Source of the DNA: Halarcobacter sp.
GTDB taxonomy: Bacteria; Campylobacterota; Campylobacteria; Campylobacterales; Arcobacteraceae
DNA: 64,000 nucleotides
Assembly: GCA_963676565.1 (NCBI GenBank)
Contig: OY781089.1
Coordinates: forward strand, 192,001-256,000
Reading direction: 5' to 3'
A program made the position numbers and the translations under genes. Positions 39,796 to 48,871 of the stretch are shown piece by piece (within the stretch, counting starts at the first letter, position 1; every line of letters starts with the position of its first letter). The notes beneath the pieces were generated by a model, which was not told the DNA's origin, did no database searches, and saw only the letters and a program-made list of their open reading frames with translations.

Positions 39796-42319
39796 CGAAC
39801 TAAATATTGAAATTGAAGAACTTATATCTCAAGGAGCACAAGATTTTGAAATTTCAAAAATTTTTAGAAACTACTTTAAAAACTATGTAAACTCTATTGA
39901 TACTACTCTTGAAACAACAGGAGGGAAAGACTTCTTTGTTCAACACACAAAACACACTGATAAATTTTTAATAGCTTTATACAAATACATATTAAGAAAA
40001 CATTTTAAAAACTATCAACCAATGAGTACCTCAATACCTATTACCTTAATTGCATTAGGAAGTTATGGAAGGGAACAATTGTGTATCTACTCTGATGTGG
40101 ACTTAATGCTTTTATATGAAGATGTTCCAGGTTATAACTTAAGAACTATTATGGAAGATTTTATCACTTTAGCTTGGGATTGTGGCTTAAAACTTGGTTC
40201 AAGGGTACATGAACTAAAGGATATTGCAGAGGGTGTAAAAGAGGATATTACAATAAAAACCTCTATTATTGAATCAAGAATGATTTATGGATCAAAATAT
40301 CTTTGGTATGGTTATGAAAATGTACTTAAAAAGATAAAAGAAACAGACAAAAAACAATTTGTATTAGAAAAACTTGAAGAACATAAACAAAGACTTTTAA
40401 AATTCCCACTTAAAATGGAACCAAATATTAAAGATGGTTATGGGGGAATGAGAGAATCGAATATGGTATTTTGGATGGCAACAGTTATCCATGGAGTTTA
40501 TGATACAAAAGAGCTTATTGGTCAAGAGTTTACAGAAGATGAATACAAAAAATATAGAGCTGCTTTAGAATATATTTTTCAAGTAAGAAATGCTTTACAT
40601 AATATCTCAAAAAAGAAACTTGATGTTGTAAATTTTGATATCTTGCCAGAACTTAGTACAAAATTAGGTTTTAATCATACTCCACGTTTAACTAAAGAGC
40701 GTCAGTGTATGTCTAAACTTACTGAATCTTTACATAGGATACATCATTTTTCATGCACAATGGTTAAAAAATTTACAAGACAAGTTTTATTTGAAAAAGA
40801 GAATATATCTAAACTCAAAAAATATAGATTTAAAAAAAATCTTTATATTATTGATGATAAATTATATTGTTCTTTTTCAAATAAACCAAAAACTTTAAAT
40901 GCCTTAATTAAAGAATTTATTGAACTTCCTGATACAATTAAAGCTTTTGATAGGTCATATCTTTATTATGTAAGTAGAACTAAAATTCCAAGTAAACAAA
41001 CTAAAGAGTTAAAAAAGAATATAAAAACTTTATTATATAAACCAAATTTGTATCCACTTATAAAGATGATTTATAATGGTAGACTTTTTCAAGCAATTTT
41101 ACCAATAGGTAAAAAAATTGTAAATCAACCTCAATTTGATGGCTATCATCAACACCCTGTTGATATCCACTCAATAAAAACACTTAAAAAATTAGAAGAG
41201 ATAAAAGACCCTTATGTTCGAGAAGTTTATGACTCAATGGATGAAAAAGATAGAGCTTTAGTTAGACTTGTTGCCTTACTACATGATGTTGGAAAAGGAA
41301 GAGTAGTAGACCATCATATTGCAGGAGAAAAACTATTTAAAAATATGACTAAAGCATTTGAATTCGACCCAATCCATATTCAAAGGGGTGCAGTACTAGT
41401 AAGATACCATAATATGATGAGTAAGTTTGCAACTAGCAAAGATATTTACTCTGAAAAAGTGATTCTAGCCTTTACTGCATTATTAGAAGATGAACTAACT
41501 CTAAAAATGCTTTATGTTGTTACATATGCAGATATTTCTGCTGTTGGTGATAGTGTATATAAAAGTGCAACCTCTTCACTTTTAAGACAATTATATCTTC
41601 AATCTTTACCTGCATTTGAAAATAAAAATCTATTAAATGAGAATGTAAGAAGACACAAAAAAGAAGAAACAATTAAAAAATTAAAAAGATATAAAGAGTT
41701 GTCTCAAATTAAGAAGAAAAAACTTATGTATATTTCTTCAAATCAAATTTTCTTGCAACTTAGAGCAAGTGAAATCATGGATATTGCCCTTGATGCATAT
41801 GAGGTTAAAGATTTTAAATATGAGATAGATAATACAAAAAATCTAAGAATAAAAATTATTAGAGCAATACCTCTAAACTTGGGTTATATGCTTGGTAAAT
41901 TAGAGTTTTTAAATATCTCAACATTAAATATTTTCAAACTTTATGACGATAAAAAATACTTTGAAATTAGATTTGATGAAGGAGTTGAGGAAGGGGATTT
42001 AATCTATATAGATAGTGTTATAAAAGATTCATTTGATATGAGTAAAAAAACTAAACTTCTTTCACCTGAAATAAAAAAAGAAAATATCACAATTGATTGT
42101 AATCACTCAGCATATCTTGCTTCTATGCACGTAGTTGCTAAAGATCAAAAAGGTCTTTTTGCTTATATTGCAAAGGTATTTGATGATTTTGAAGTTGAAA
42201 TTGAAAGTGCAAAATTGAGCTCTATGAAAAAAGTGGCAAATGATTTATTCCTTATTGAAAAAGATGGAAACTTTTGTGCAAATCAAGATGAAATCATTGA
42301 ATCCCTTTGTAGCAAATAA
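39788..42319 (+). CDS. glnD: PII uridylyltransferase / uridylyl-removing enzyme
   Basis: NTase ALGSYGREQL..YSDVDL, EPNIKDGYGGMR, HD domain (YHQHPVDIH, LHDVGKG), C-terminal ACT (DQKGLFAYIAKVF); adjacent to PII genes. Confidence 0.92.
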   Translation: MVSELNIEIEELISQGAQDFEISKIFRNYFKNYVNSIDTTLETTGGKDFFVQHTKHTDKFLIALYKYILRKHFKNYQPMSTSIPITLIALGSYGREQLCIYSDVDLMLLYEDVPGYNLRTIMEDFITLAWDCGLKLGSRVHELKDIAEGVKEDITIKTSIIESRMIYGSKYLWYGYENVLKKIKETDKKQFVLEKLEEHKQRLLKFPLKMEPNIKDGYGGMRESNMVFWMATVIHGVYDTKELIGQEFTEDEYKKYRAALEYIFQVRNALHNISKKKLDVVNFDILPELSTKLGFNHTPRLTKERQCMSKLTESLHRIHHFSCTMVKKFTRQVLFEKENISKLKKYRFKKNLYIIDDKLYCSFSNKPKTLNALIKEFIELPDTIKAFDRSYLYYVSRTKIPSKQTKELKKNIKTLLYKPNLYPLIKMIYNGRLFQAILPIGKKIVNQPQFDGYHQHPVDIHSIKTLKKLEEIKDPYVREVYDSMDEKDRALVRLVALLHDVGKGRVVDHHIAGEKLFKNMTKAFEFDPIHIQRGAVLVRYHNMMSKFATSKDIYSEKVILAFTALLEDELTLKMLYVVTYADISAVGDSVYKSATSSLLRQLYLQSLPAFENKNLLNENVRRHKKEETIKKLKRYKELSQIKKKKLMYISSNQIFLQLRASEIMDIALDAYEVKDFKYEIDNTKNLRIKIIRAIPLNLGYMLGKLEFLNISTLNIFKLYDDKKYFEIRFDEGVEEGDLIYIDSVIKDSFDMSKKTKLLSPEIKKENITIDCNHSAYLASMHVVAKDQKGLFAYIAKVFDDFEVEIESAKLSSMKKVANDLFLIEKDGNFCANQDEIIESLCSK

Positions 42320-42426
42320 TAATCTTAAAACAACTAAGTAAATAACTTAATTATTTATTAAGACTTGTAGCATTATAATTTGATTAGAGGATATCTCTAA
42401 TATCATGATATCTTTTAAAAGGATGT

Positions 42427-42744
42427 GTGGTGAAGATGCAGCAAGCTTTTGGGGCAAAAGTTACTACTTTAAAGTTCGAAAATAAATTCGCAACATATGC
42501 TGTATTTTTAAAAAAAACAGCAAATAGAGATCAAAGAATATCACTATTTAACAATTTAAAAAGATTAGTATCAACTGAAATATGGACAAATGAAAACATT
42601 GATTTTATTATTATAGAATTAACTCTGAATAAGAAAAAGTATGTTCAAAATAATAATCTAATCTCATACATTGGTGAAGTACAAATTGATTTAAAAAAAT
42701 TAAATAGTCTAATGACAGGAGATTTCTCTTTAGCTGAAATGTAA
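42427..42744 (+). CDS. Hypothetical protein, first gene of an uncharacterised operon
   Basis: 105-aa ORF with AAGGA RBS, TATAAT at 42374-42379, and 12 bp to the next gene. Confidence 0.55.
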   Translation: MVKMQQAFGAKVTTLKFENKFATYAVFLKKTANRDQRISLFNNLKRLVSTEIWTNENIDFIIIELTLNKKKYVQNNNLISYIGEVQIDLKKLNSLMTGDFSLAEM

Positions 42745-42756
42745 AAAGGATATACA

Positions 42757-43293
42757 ATGAGCGTAGGACAAGAACTCTTAGATGTACCATTACCACAGAT
42801 GGTAGCCGACTTAGCCATGGGTGTAGCTACAGCACAAGAAGCTTTAGATAACAATTCACTACAAACAACATTAGAACTCGCAAAACCAGAAAATGCTATT
42901 AGTTTCGTACCAAAAATTGTAGGAACAATTAATCCTGATACAGGGGAATCAAACATAACACAAGTTGAGGCAAAGGATATTCCACTTATTGCATTTATAA
43001 GACCTACTTGGTATCAGTTTTCTGAAACATCAATTGAAGTATCTATGGATATTAAAACTTCAATGCAAAGGGAAACAAATGTAAAAGTTGGGTTTAAAGC
43101 AAAAGCTGGATGGGGTCCATTTTCTGCTTCCATAAAAACAGATGTTGAACATAATAGAAAATTTGGTAAAGAAGTACATGGAACAAGTAAACTTACTGTA
43201 AAAATGGTTCCTGTACCTCCACCACCTTTATTATTGCCAGAGGTTGATATTCAGGTTTTACAACCAGCTAATCCAACACCACCTGTTAATTAA
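42757..43293 (+). CDS. DUF2589-like protein (helix plus long beta-hairpin)
   Basis: N-terminal helix LAMGVATAQEALDNNS; PTWYQFSETSIEVSMDI; alternating hairpin NVKVGFKAKAGWGPFSASIKTD; SKLTVKMVPVPPP. Family recalled by eye. Confidence 0.6.
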   Translation: MSVGQELLDVPLPQMVADLAMGVATAQEALDNNSLQTTLELAKPENAISFVPKIVGTINPDTGESNITQVEAKDIPLIAFIRPTWYQFSETSIEVSMDIKTSMQRETNVKVGFKAKAGWGPFSASIKTDVEHNRKFGKEVHGTSKLTVKMVPVPPPPLLLPEVDIQVLQPANPTPPVN

Positions 43294-43303
43294 TAGTTTT
43301 ATT

Positions 43304-43331
43304 ATTCATAGTAGAATTTTCTACTATGAAT
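43304..43331. terminator. Perfect intergenic hairpin inside the operon (attenuator or stability stem)
   Basis: ATTCATAGTAGAA-tt-TTCTACTATGAAT, 13-bp arms. Confidence 0.7.
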
Positions 43332-43364
43332 TAAAACCTTAACCATAGATATAAGGAATATATC

Positions 43365-43841
43365 ATGCCTATACCAAAAGAATATAAAGAGATATCAGCA
43401 AGTTTATCTGATTTCGTGGAGGAGATGTCTTTAGCTATTGCTCAATCTAAAAAAAATTTAGATGAAAGCTCATTGAATACCTTAAAAGAATTAGCAAAAA
43501 CAGATATAGAAATCCCTATCTTAAAACAAGAAGTAACTCAAAATGGAGTAAGGGACAAAATTTCATATGTGAAAGTTTCTGCTTTATCTTTAGGAATGAA
43601 ACCAACTTTTTATGAATTTAGTGAAACTAAAATAGAAGTTTCTATGGATTTAAGCGTTGCAGAAGAAGTAACTTCAACCACAAATACTAAAAAGAAAAAA
43701 CTGTTTGTTAATACTAAAGATATAAAAAATGAAAGGCGATTCGAATCTAATATGAATGCTTTTAGTAAACTATCTATAACAATGGTACCCGTACCTGCAC
43801 CTAATAATATACCTGGGATAATTCAAGATTATGAAAGCTAA
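43365..43841 (+). CDS. DUF2589-like protein, paralog of 42757-43293
   Basis: MSLAIAQSKKNLDESSL, PTFYEFSETKIEVSMDL and SKLSITMVPVPAP align directly with the upstream gene. Confidence 0.6.
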   Translation: MPIPKEYKEISASLSDFVEEMSLAIAQSKKNLDESSLNTLKELAKTDIEIPILKQEVTQNGVRDKISYVKVSALSLGMKPTFYEFSETKIEVSMDLSVAEEVTSTTNTKKKKLFVNTKDIKNERRFESNMNAFSKLSITMVPVPAPNNIPGIIQDYES

Positions 43842-44070
43842 TGATTTCTTTGGAATAGTTTCAGATTCTTTATTAGATGTCTACAAGATTAACAAAAAGA
43901 TTGAAAAGAATAATCTTTTAATAAAAGATATTGAACTAGAGATGAGTTTCTCTCCTGATTCTGAACTTAAGAATATATCTTTAGCTAAAGTGGAAAATAA
44001 ATTTATGGATAGATATAAAGAGACTAGCTACTTTAATATTAATATAAAAGCATCTGTAAAAAGGAAATAA
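43831..44070 (+). CDS. Small hypothetical protein, Trypco-like helix plus two strands
   Basis: DFFGIVSDSL helix, LLIKDIELEMSF strand, FNINIKASV strand; overlaps the upstream gene. Confidence 0.5.
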   Translation: MKANDFFGIVSDSLLDVYKINKKIEKNNLLIKDIELEMSFSPDSELKNISLAKVENKFMDRYKETSYFNINIKASVKRK

Positions 44071-44071
44071 A

Positions 44072-44569
44072 ATGCCAAATTTTGAAAAAATAACAGAGAT
44101 AGAAAGAAAACTTAATACAATTGATAAAAAGCAATTGCAAAGTTTTAAACAGAGTTATAAAATTCAGGAAATAAAAGCTACAAAATTAAGTGATGAAAAT
44201 AAAACCTTGAAAATGGAAGTTAAAAATATAGAAAAGGAAAAAGTAAATCTTCAAAAACTTTTAGAAAAGCAAGAGATTCAACTAAAACAATTTGAAGAGT
44301 TAAAAAAAATCAAACCTCTATATCAAAATGATTTCAATAATTTCATAGCAGATTCAGTAAAAGCATTACAAAACAATTTAGAATCAGATGATGATAGTGA
44401 TTATGAATTTATGATTAGAGATGTACAAATTGAAGCTCTAGTTTCCACAGAAAATCGAAATGGAAAATTATCTTATGTGATTCCAACCTCTACCCAGCTA
44501 AAAGAGATTGATGGGAATAAGTTACAAAAACTGAAATACTCTTTAAGTGTAGTACCAAAAACTAGATAG
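44072..44569 (+). CDS. Hypothetical protein with N-terminal coiled coil and C-terminal Trypco-like module
   Basis: Heptad-rich first ~80 aa, then DFNNFIADSVKALQNNL, FMIRDVQIEALV, KLKYSLSVVP. Confidence 0.55.
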   Translation: MPNFEKITEIERKLNTIDKKQLQSFKQSYKIQEIKATKLSDENKTLKMEVKNIEKEKVNLQKLLEKQEIQLKQFEELKKIKPLYQNDFNNFIADSVKALQNNLESDDDSDYEFMIRDVQIEALVSTENRNGKLSYVIPTSTQLKEIDGNKLQKLKYSLSVVPKTR

Positions 44570-44618
44570 TTTTATTAAGGAGAAGACTAAAGTTAAAATC
44601 TTCTCCAAAATAATTTCA

Positions 44619-47600
44619 TTATTGACTCTCTAAAGCCATTTTAGAAGCCAATTTAAAATCTGTTTTTCCACTTCCTAATTTTGGAACATTTTCAACTATT
44701 CTGTATATACTTGGTATCATTAACTTATTATCAAATTCGTCTTTAATTTTGTTTTTCAAAGTAAGTAATTGTTTTTCATCTATATTTGAAATTAAGGCAA
44801 CTATTTTTTCACCCTTTTTTTCATCTTTAATTGAGCTTGTAACAACATCTATTTCATCATTTGGTAAAACTCTTCTAATATTCTCTTCAACTGCTCCAAG
44901 ACTAATCATTTCGCCACCAAGTTTAGCAAATCTTGAATATCTATCAACAATTGTTAAAAAGCCATCTTCATCAAGTCTACCTTTATCTCCTGTTATATAA
45001 TAGGTTTTACCATCTAATTGTTTTAATACCTCTTTAGTCTTTTTCTCATCTTTTAAATAACCTTTCATAACTTGAACACCAGATATTAAAATCATTCCCT
45101 CTTCATTTGTTTCAAGCTCTTTATAGGTATCAGGGTCTACTATTTTAAATGTTGTTCCAGGAATTGGCATACCTACAGTTCCTACTTTTGCCCCAACTTG
45201 AATAGTTCCATCTTTTCCTTTCATTAAAGGCAGATTACATGCTGCAACAGGTGTTGTTTCAGTAACACCATAACCTTCTAAAATCTCTTTATCGAATTTT
45301 GTTTTAAAATCTTCCCTAACTTTTAAAGATAACTTTTCAGCTCCAGCAACTGTAAGTCTTAAGCTTTCAAACATCTGCTTAGTTACCTTTGCATTTCTTG
45401 TATAAAGTCTAAAGAAAGTGGAGGTTCCAAGCATAATTGTTCCTTTATATTTTTCTACTAACTTACCAATTGCATAACCATCAGTTGGATCAGGGTGTGC
45501 CACACAACGAATCCCTTCTATTAAAGGTAAAAAAAGTGTTACAACAGTACCAAATGCATGAAAAAATGGTAATGAGCCAACTATAATATCATCATCATTT
45601 ACATTTAAAATTGCAGCAATTTGTTGAGAGTTTCCTACTATATTTTGATGAGTTAATTCAATACCTTTAGGTATCCCTTCACTTCCACTAGAAAACATTA
45701 TTAAAGCTGTATCATCTTTTTTAGTTCTTTTTATATGTAAATTTTTTAGTAAAAAAGTAGGGAAAACAATCACACTTAATAGAGTTAATAATCCCTTAGT
45801 TTTAGTAATTTGACTTTTCATATCTTCAACATATAAAATTTCACATAAATCTAATACCTCATCAACATCAACACCTTTTTCTTTTAGTTTAACTATAAAC
45901 TTTTGTGAAGCAACAATTGTTTGGATTTCTGCTTTTTTTACACTTTCAACTAAAGCTTCAATGGATGCTGTAAAATTTAAATTAACGGCAACTTTTCCCA
46001 ACATTAAAATTGAAGTATTTAAAAAAGCTCCCCCTGCACTAGCAGGAACTAAAAGTCCAACATTTTGCCCTTTTACTTTTCTTTTTATAATATTTTTGAA
46101 AAGAATTGAAGCTGTTAAAAACTTATAAGCTGTTAATTCAACTCCTGTTGAATCGGCAAAGATTAAATCACCTTTAATCTGCTTTAGTCTATCAAATATC
46201 ATTTCGGAAATAGTATCAAGAGTTTTTGTATGCTCTTTCCAAGAGATTGTTGATAAAGTTTTAACAGCTTTCTTAACTGTAACTATAGTTGCTTTTTCTT
46301 TTTTCATAGCCCTTGAAAAAGATACCGTAACACAATTGGTTCTTTTACTTTTTTTGTATTTTTTATTTGCCCTACTAAACATAGACTCCCATAAACCTCT
46401 AATATAAAAAGCTATAACAGGCACATCTGTCTTTGTTTGTTTTAAAATTAGTTCAAAGCCTCTTTTAAACTCCCCTAAGTGTCCATTTCTAGTAATTCCA
46501 CCCTCAGGGAAAAGTACAACTACACTTCCTTTGTCAAGCTCTTTTGCTACAGTTTTAATAGTCTCTTTACTGGCATCATTAGATATAGGAATTGCTTTAA
46601 AAAGTTTTAGAAGCCAATTTAAATACCATTTTTCATATATTGGTTTGTGCATTACAAATTTTATTTGTCTTGGACTACTCATCAAAATCACTGCCCAATC
46701 TATCCAAGATACATGATTTCCTAAAAGTAAAGCCCCTCCTGAAGATGGAATATGCTTAACACCTTGAACCTCTAAATTGTATTTTAATCCAACAACAAAC
46801 TTCATAAATAATAAAATTAAAGATTGAGGCAATTTATAAATGGTATATGCCATCCCTGCTATTGTTATAAATAGTATTAGATATATTGTATTTAAAGGGT
46901 CAAGATTGTTTAAAGATACAAAAGTTGTGATACTAAGCATTAAAAACATTGCTAAAGAATGAAACCAATTATTCCCAGCTAAGATTGTCCCTAAGTTTTT
47001 CTTTTTAGCATTAAATTGAATCAAAGAGTTTAATGGAACAACAAAAAGTCCACCAAAAATACCAAAAGTTAAAAAGGTAAGAGCTAATAAGCTTGCACTA
47101 TCAACCAATGTAGAAAGATACATCATTACAGCCATACCAATAGCTGCAAGAGGAATAGTTCCAGCTTCAATATAATGTTTTGATAGTTTTGAATATATAA
47201 TTGAACCAATTGCAATTCCAATTCCTGAGGCTGCTATTACACCATTTATCACAAATACATCTGTGATATTTAAATATTGTTTTGCAAAAGATGGGAAAAC
47301 AGCCATAAGACCTTGGGATACTCCCCAAAAAACTGATAAGCCAATAACCGATAAAAATATTATATTATTTGAATAGATTGTTTTTATATTTTTCGTTAAA
47401 AGCTTCCCTTGAAGAAGTGCTTTTCTATCAAGGTATAAACCTTCATTTTTAACATATAAGGTTTTTAATCTTCTTAAAATAACTAATGATACAGCCATCT
47501 CTAAAAAAGCAACTGGGACAATATAATAAGTCAATGGTAAAATCGCATCTAAGAGTTGCTCTTTTGTTGTTAAAACTTGTAGATTATTTGCATTATAAAA

Positions 47601-48098
47601 AGATTCAAATACAAAAGAACCACATGCAATCGAAAATAAAATTGCTATTATTGATACTGCTTGTAAACTAGCATTTCCTTTTGCTAAGTTTTTCTTACCC
47701 CAAATATCTATAATAATACCAAATTTAGCAGGGGAATAAATTGCACTTTGTACTGCTAATAAAACAAGGTTTAACATAGCTATATAGAAGTTCCCACTTA
47801 AATAGGAAAATATCATTAAAATTGATAAAGAAAAAGAGGATATTGCTCCATATATTAATATATTTTTTTTATTATATTTATCTGATAAATATCCACTTAG
47901 TGTAAAAAGGAGTAAGAAAGGGATAATTATCATGGCATTTATAATAGATATCCAAACAACTTGAGTACTACCATCAAATATCTTAAATGCTATATTTTGT
48001 AAAAGCACTTTATGTGCAACATCAACTATTACATTACAAAAGACTACAAATAAAAACGCTAATTTTATAACTAGTAAATTACTTGATAATTTATTCAT
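44619..48098 (-). CDS. aas: MFS (LplT-like) + acyltransferase + acyl-ACP synthetase fusion (Aas-like)
   Basis: N-terminal MFS (GYLSDKYNK, YSPAKFG), PlsC NHVSWID and FPEG, AMP-binding FSSGSEGIPKG, EGYGVTE, TGD, DRYSRFAKLGGE. Confidence 0.9.
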   Translation of the reverse strand: MNKLSSNLLVIKLAFLFVVFCNVIVDVAHKVLLQNIAFKIFDGSTQVVWISIINAMIIIPFLLLFTLSGYLSDKYNKKNILIYGAISSFSLSILMIFSYLSGNFYIAMLNLVLLAVQSAIYSPAKFGIIIDIWGKKNLAKGNASLQAVSIIAILFSIACGSFVFESFYNANNLQVLTTKEQLLDAILPLTYYIVPVAFLEMAVSLVILRRLKTLYVKNEGLYLDRKALLQGKLLTKNIKTIYSNNIIFLSVIGLSVFWGVSQGLMAVFPSFAKQYLNITDVFVINGVIAASGIGIAIGSIIYSKLSKHYIEAGTIPLAAIGMAVMMYLSTLVDSASLLALTFLTFGIFGGLFVVPLNSLIQFNAKKKNLGTILAGNNWFHSLAMFLMLSITTFVSLNNLDPLNTIYLILFITIAGMAYTIYKLPQSLILLFMKFVVGLKYNLEVQGVKHIPSSGGALLLGNHVSWIDWAVILMSSPRQIKFVMHKPIYEKWYLNWLLKLFKAIPISNDASKETIKTVAKELDKGSVVVLFPEGGITRNGHLGEFKRGFELILKQTKTDVPVIAFYIRGLWESMFSRANKKYKKSKRTNCVTVSFSRAMKKEKATIVTVKKAVKTLSTISWKEHTKTLDTISEMIFDRLKQIKGDLIFADSTGVELTAYKFLTASILFKNIIKRKVKGQNVGLLVPASAGGAFLNTSILMLGKVAVNLNFTASIEALVESVKKAEIQTIVASQKFIVKLKEKGVDVDEVLDLCEILYVEDMKSQITKTKGLLTLLSVIVFPTFLLKNLHIKRTKKDDTALIMFSSGSEGIPKGIELTHQNIVGNSQQIAAILNVNDDDIIVGSLPFFHAFGTVVTLFLPLIEGIRCVAHPDPTDGYAIGKLVEKYKGTIMLGTSTFFRLYTRNAKVTKQMFESLRLTVAGAEKLSLKVREDFKTKFDKEILEGYGVTETTPVAACNLPLMKGKDGTIQVGAKVGTVGMPIPGTTFKIVDPDTYKELETNEEGMILISGVQVMKGYLKDEKKTKEVLKQLDGKTYYITGDKGRLDEDGFLTIVDRYSRFAKLGGEMISLGAVEENIRRVLPNDEIDVVTSSIKDEKKGEKIVALISNIDEKQLLTLKNKIKDEFDNKLMIPSIYRIVENVPKLGSGKTDFKLASKMALESQ

Positions 48099-48100
48099 AC

Positions 48101-48736
48101 TTAAACCTTCTTAAACTCAATAATTGTATGTCTGTTAAAAATGTATGGCTTAAATGAATTTAAAATATTTAAAACTAAAACCTCTGGTAAGAAGCCTGTG
48201 TTTTCTAACACCTTTGTACTAAGTTCCCTTTCAAGCAAAGCTAGTTTTTTACTTGTTTTTACATATTCATTTATAAGTTCACTAGCAATTTGATAATCTC
48301 TCAACTCTTCATATACTTTTAGAACTTCAATTTCTGTTTTAAAATATATATCTTTATCATCAAGTAAATCTAAAGCAATAGCCTCTTTTATAATCTTTTT
48401 ATTTAAATCTTTTTTTGATATTGGATTTTTAATCTCACTTGATAACATCTCAATTGATTGTAAAATAAGTTCAGACCTATCGTCAAAATTTATATTATAA
48501 TAATCAAAAAGTTCTTTTATATAATCAATAGAAAAACTAAGATTATCTTTAAAATATTTAATCAAATTTAAAACTGATACAGTAATCTCTGGGTAGTATT
48601 TCATATTTTTTGAAGTGTATACTGTATTTGGGAGTAAACCTTTTTTACTATAAAAAGATATAGTATGATTAGAAAGGTCAGTTTCTTCTACCAACTCACT
48701 CATTTTATAATATGGTTTTCCATCTATAATTTTCAT
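48101..48736 (-). CDS. MerR-family HTH transcriptional regulator
   Basis: YKMSELVEET...TISFYSKKGLLP...FSIDYIKE is a MerR-type wHTH. Confidence 0.85.
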   Translation of the reverse strand: MKIIDGKPYYKMSELVEETDLSNHTISFYSKKGLLPNTVYTSKNMKYYPEITVSVLNLIKYFKDNLSFSIDYIKELFDYYNINFDDRSELILQSIEMLSSEIKNPISKKDLNKKIIKEAIALDLLDDKDIYFKTEIEVLKVYEELRDYQIASELINEYVKTSKKLALLERELSTKVLENTGFLPEVLVLNILNSFKPYIFNRHTIIEFKKV

Positions 48737-48748
48737 CTTTAATTCCTT

Positions 48749-48828
48749 AAAGTAAAGAGTTCAACTCTTCACTTTTGAAATTGTAGAGAAATTTAAAATA
48801 AAAGTCAAGAGTAAAACTCTTTACTTTT
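48749..48828 (-). promoter_or_regulatory. Sigma70 promoter of merR-aas with two palindromic operators
   Basis: Minus strand TTGACT (48803-48808), 17-bp spacer, TACAAT (48780-48785). Palindromes AAAGTnAAGAGT-N3-ACTCTTnACTTT at 48749-48775 and 48801-48827. Confidence 0.8.
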
Positions 48829-48871
48829 TAGTTTTGTAACTGTTTGGTAATTTATAAGTTCTAGATTAATA

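Noticed and set aside
42381..42405. Small hairpin (TTAGAG-gatat-CTCTAA) upstream of the novel operon as a riboswitch
   Set aside because: Too short and without a recognisable aptamer; it could equally be a terminator, an operator or chance.
42757..44569. R-body (reb), gas vesicle, T6SS or phage tail identity for the paralog operon
   Set aside because: I could not see Reb, GvpA, Hcp, sheath or baseplate signatures, and no accompanying structural or lysis genes are nearby. Remote fold similarity cannot be excluded without a structure search.
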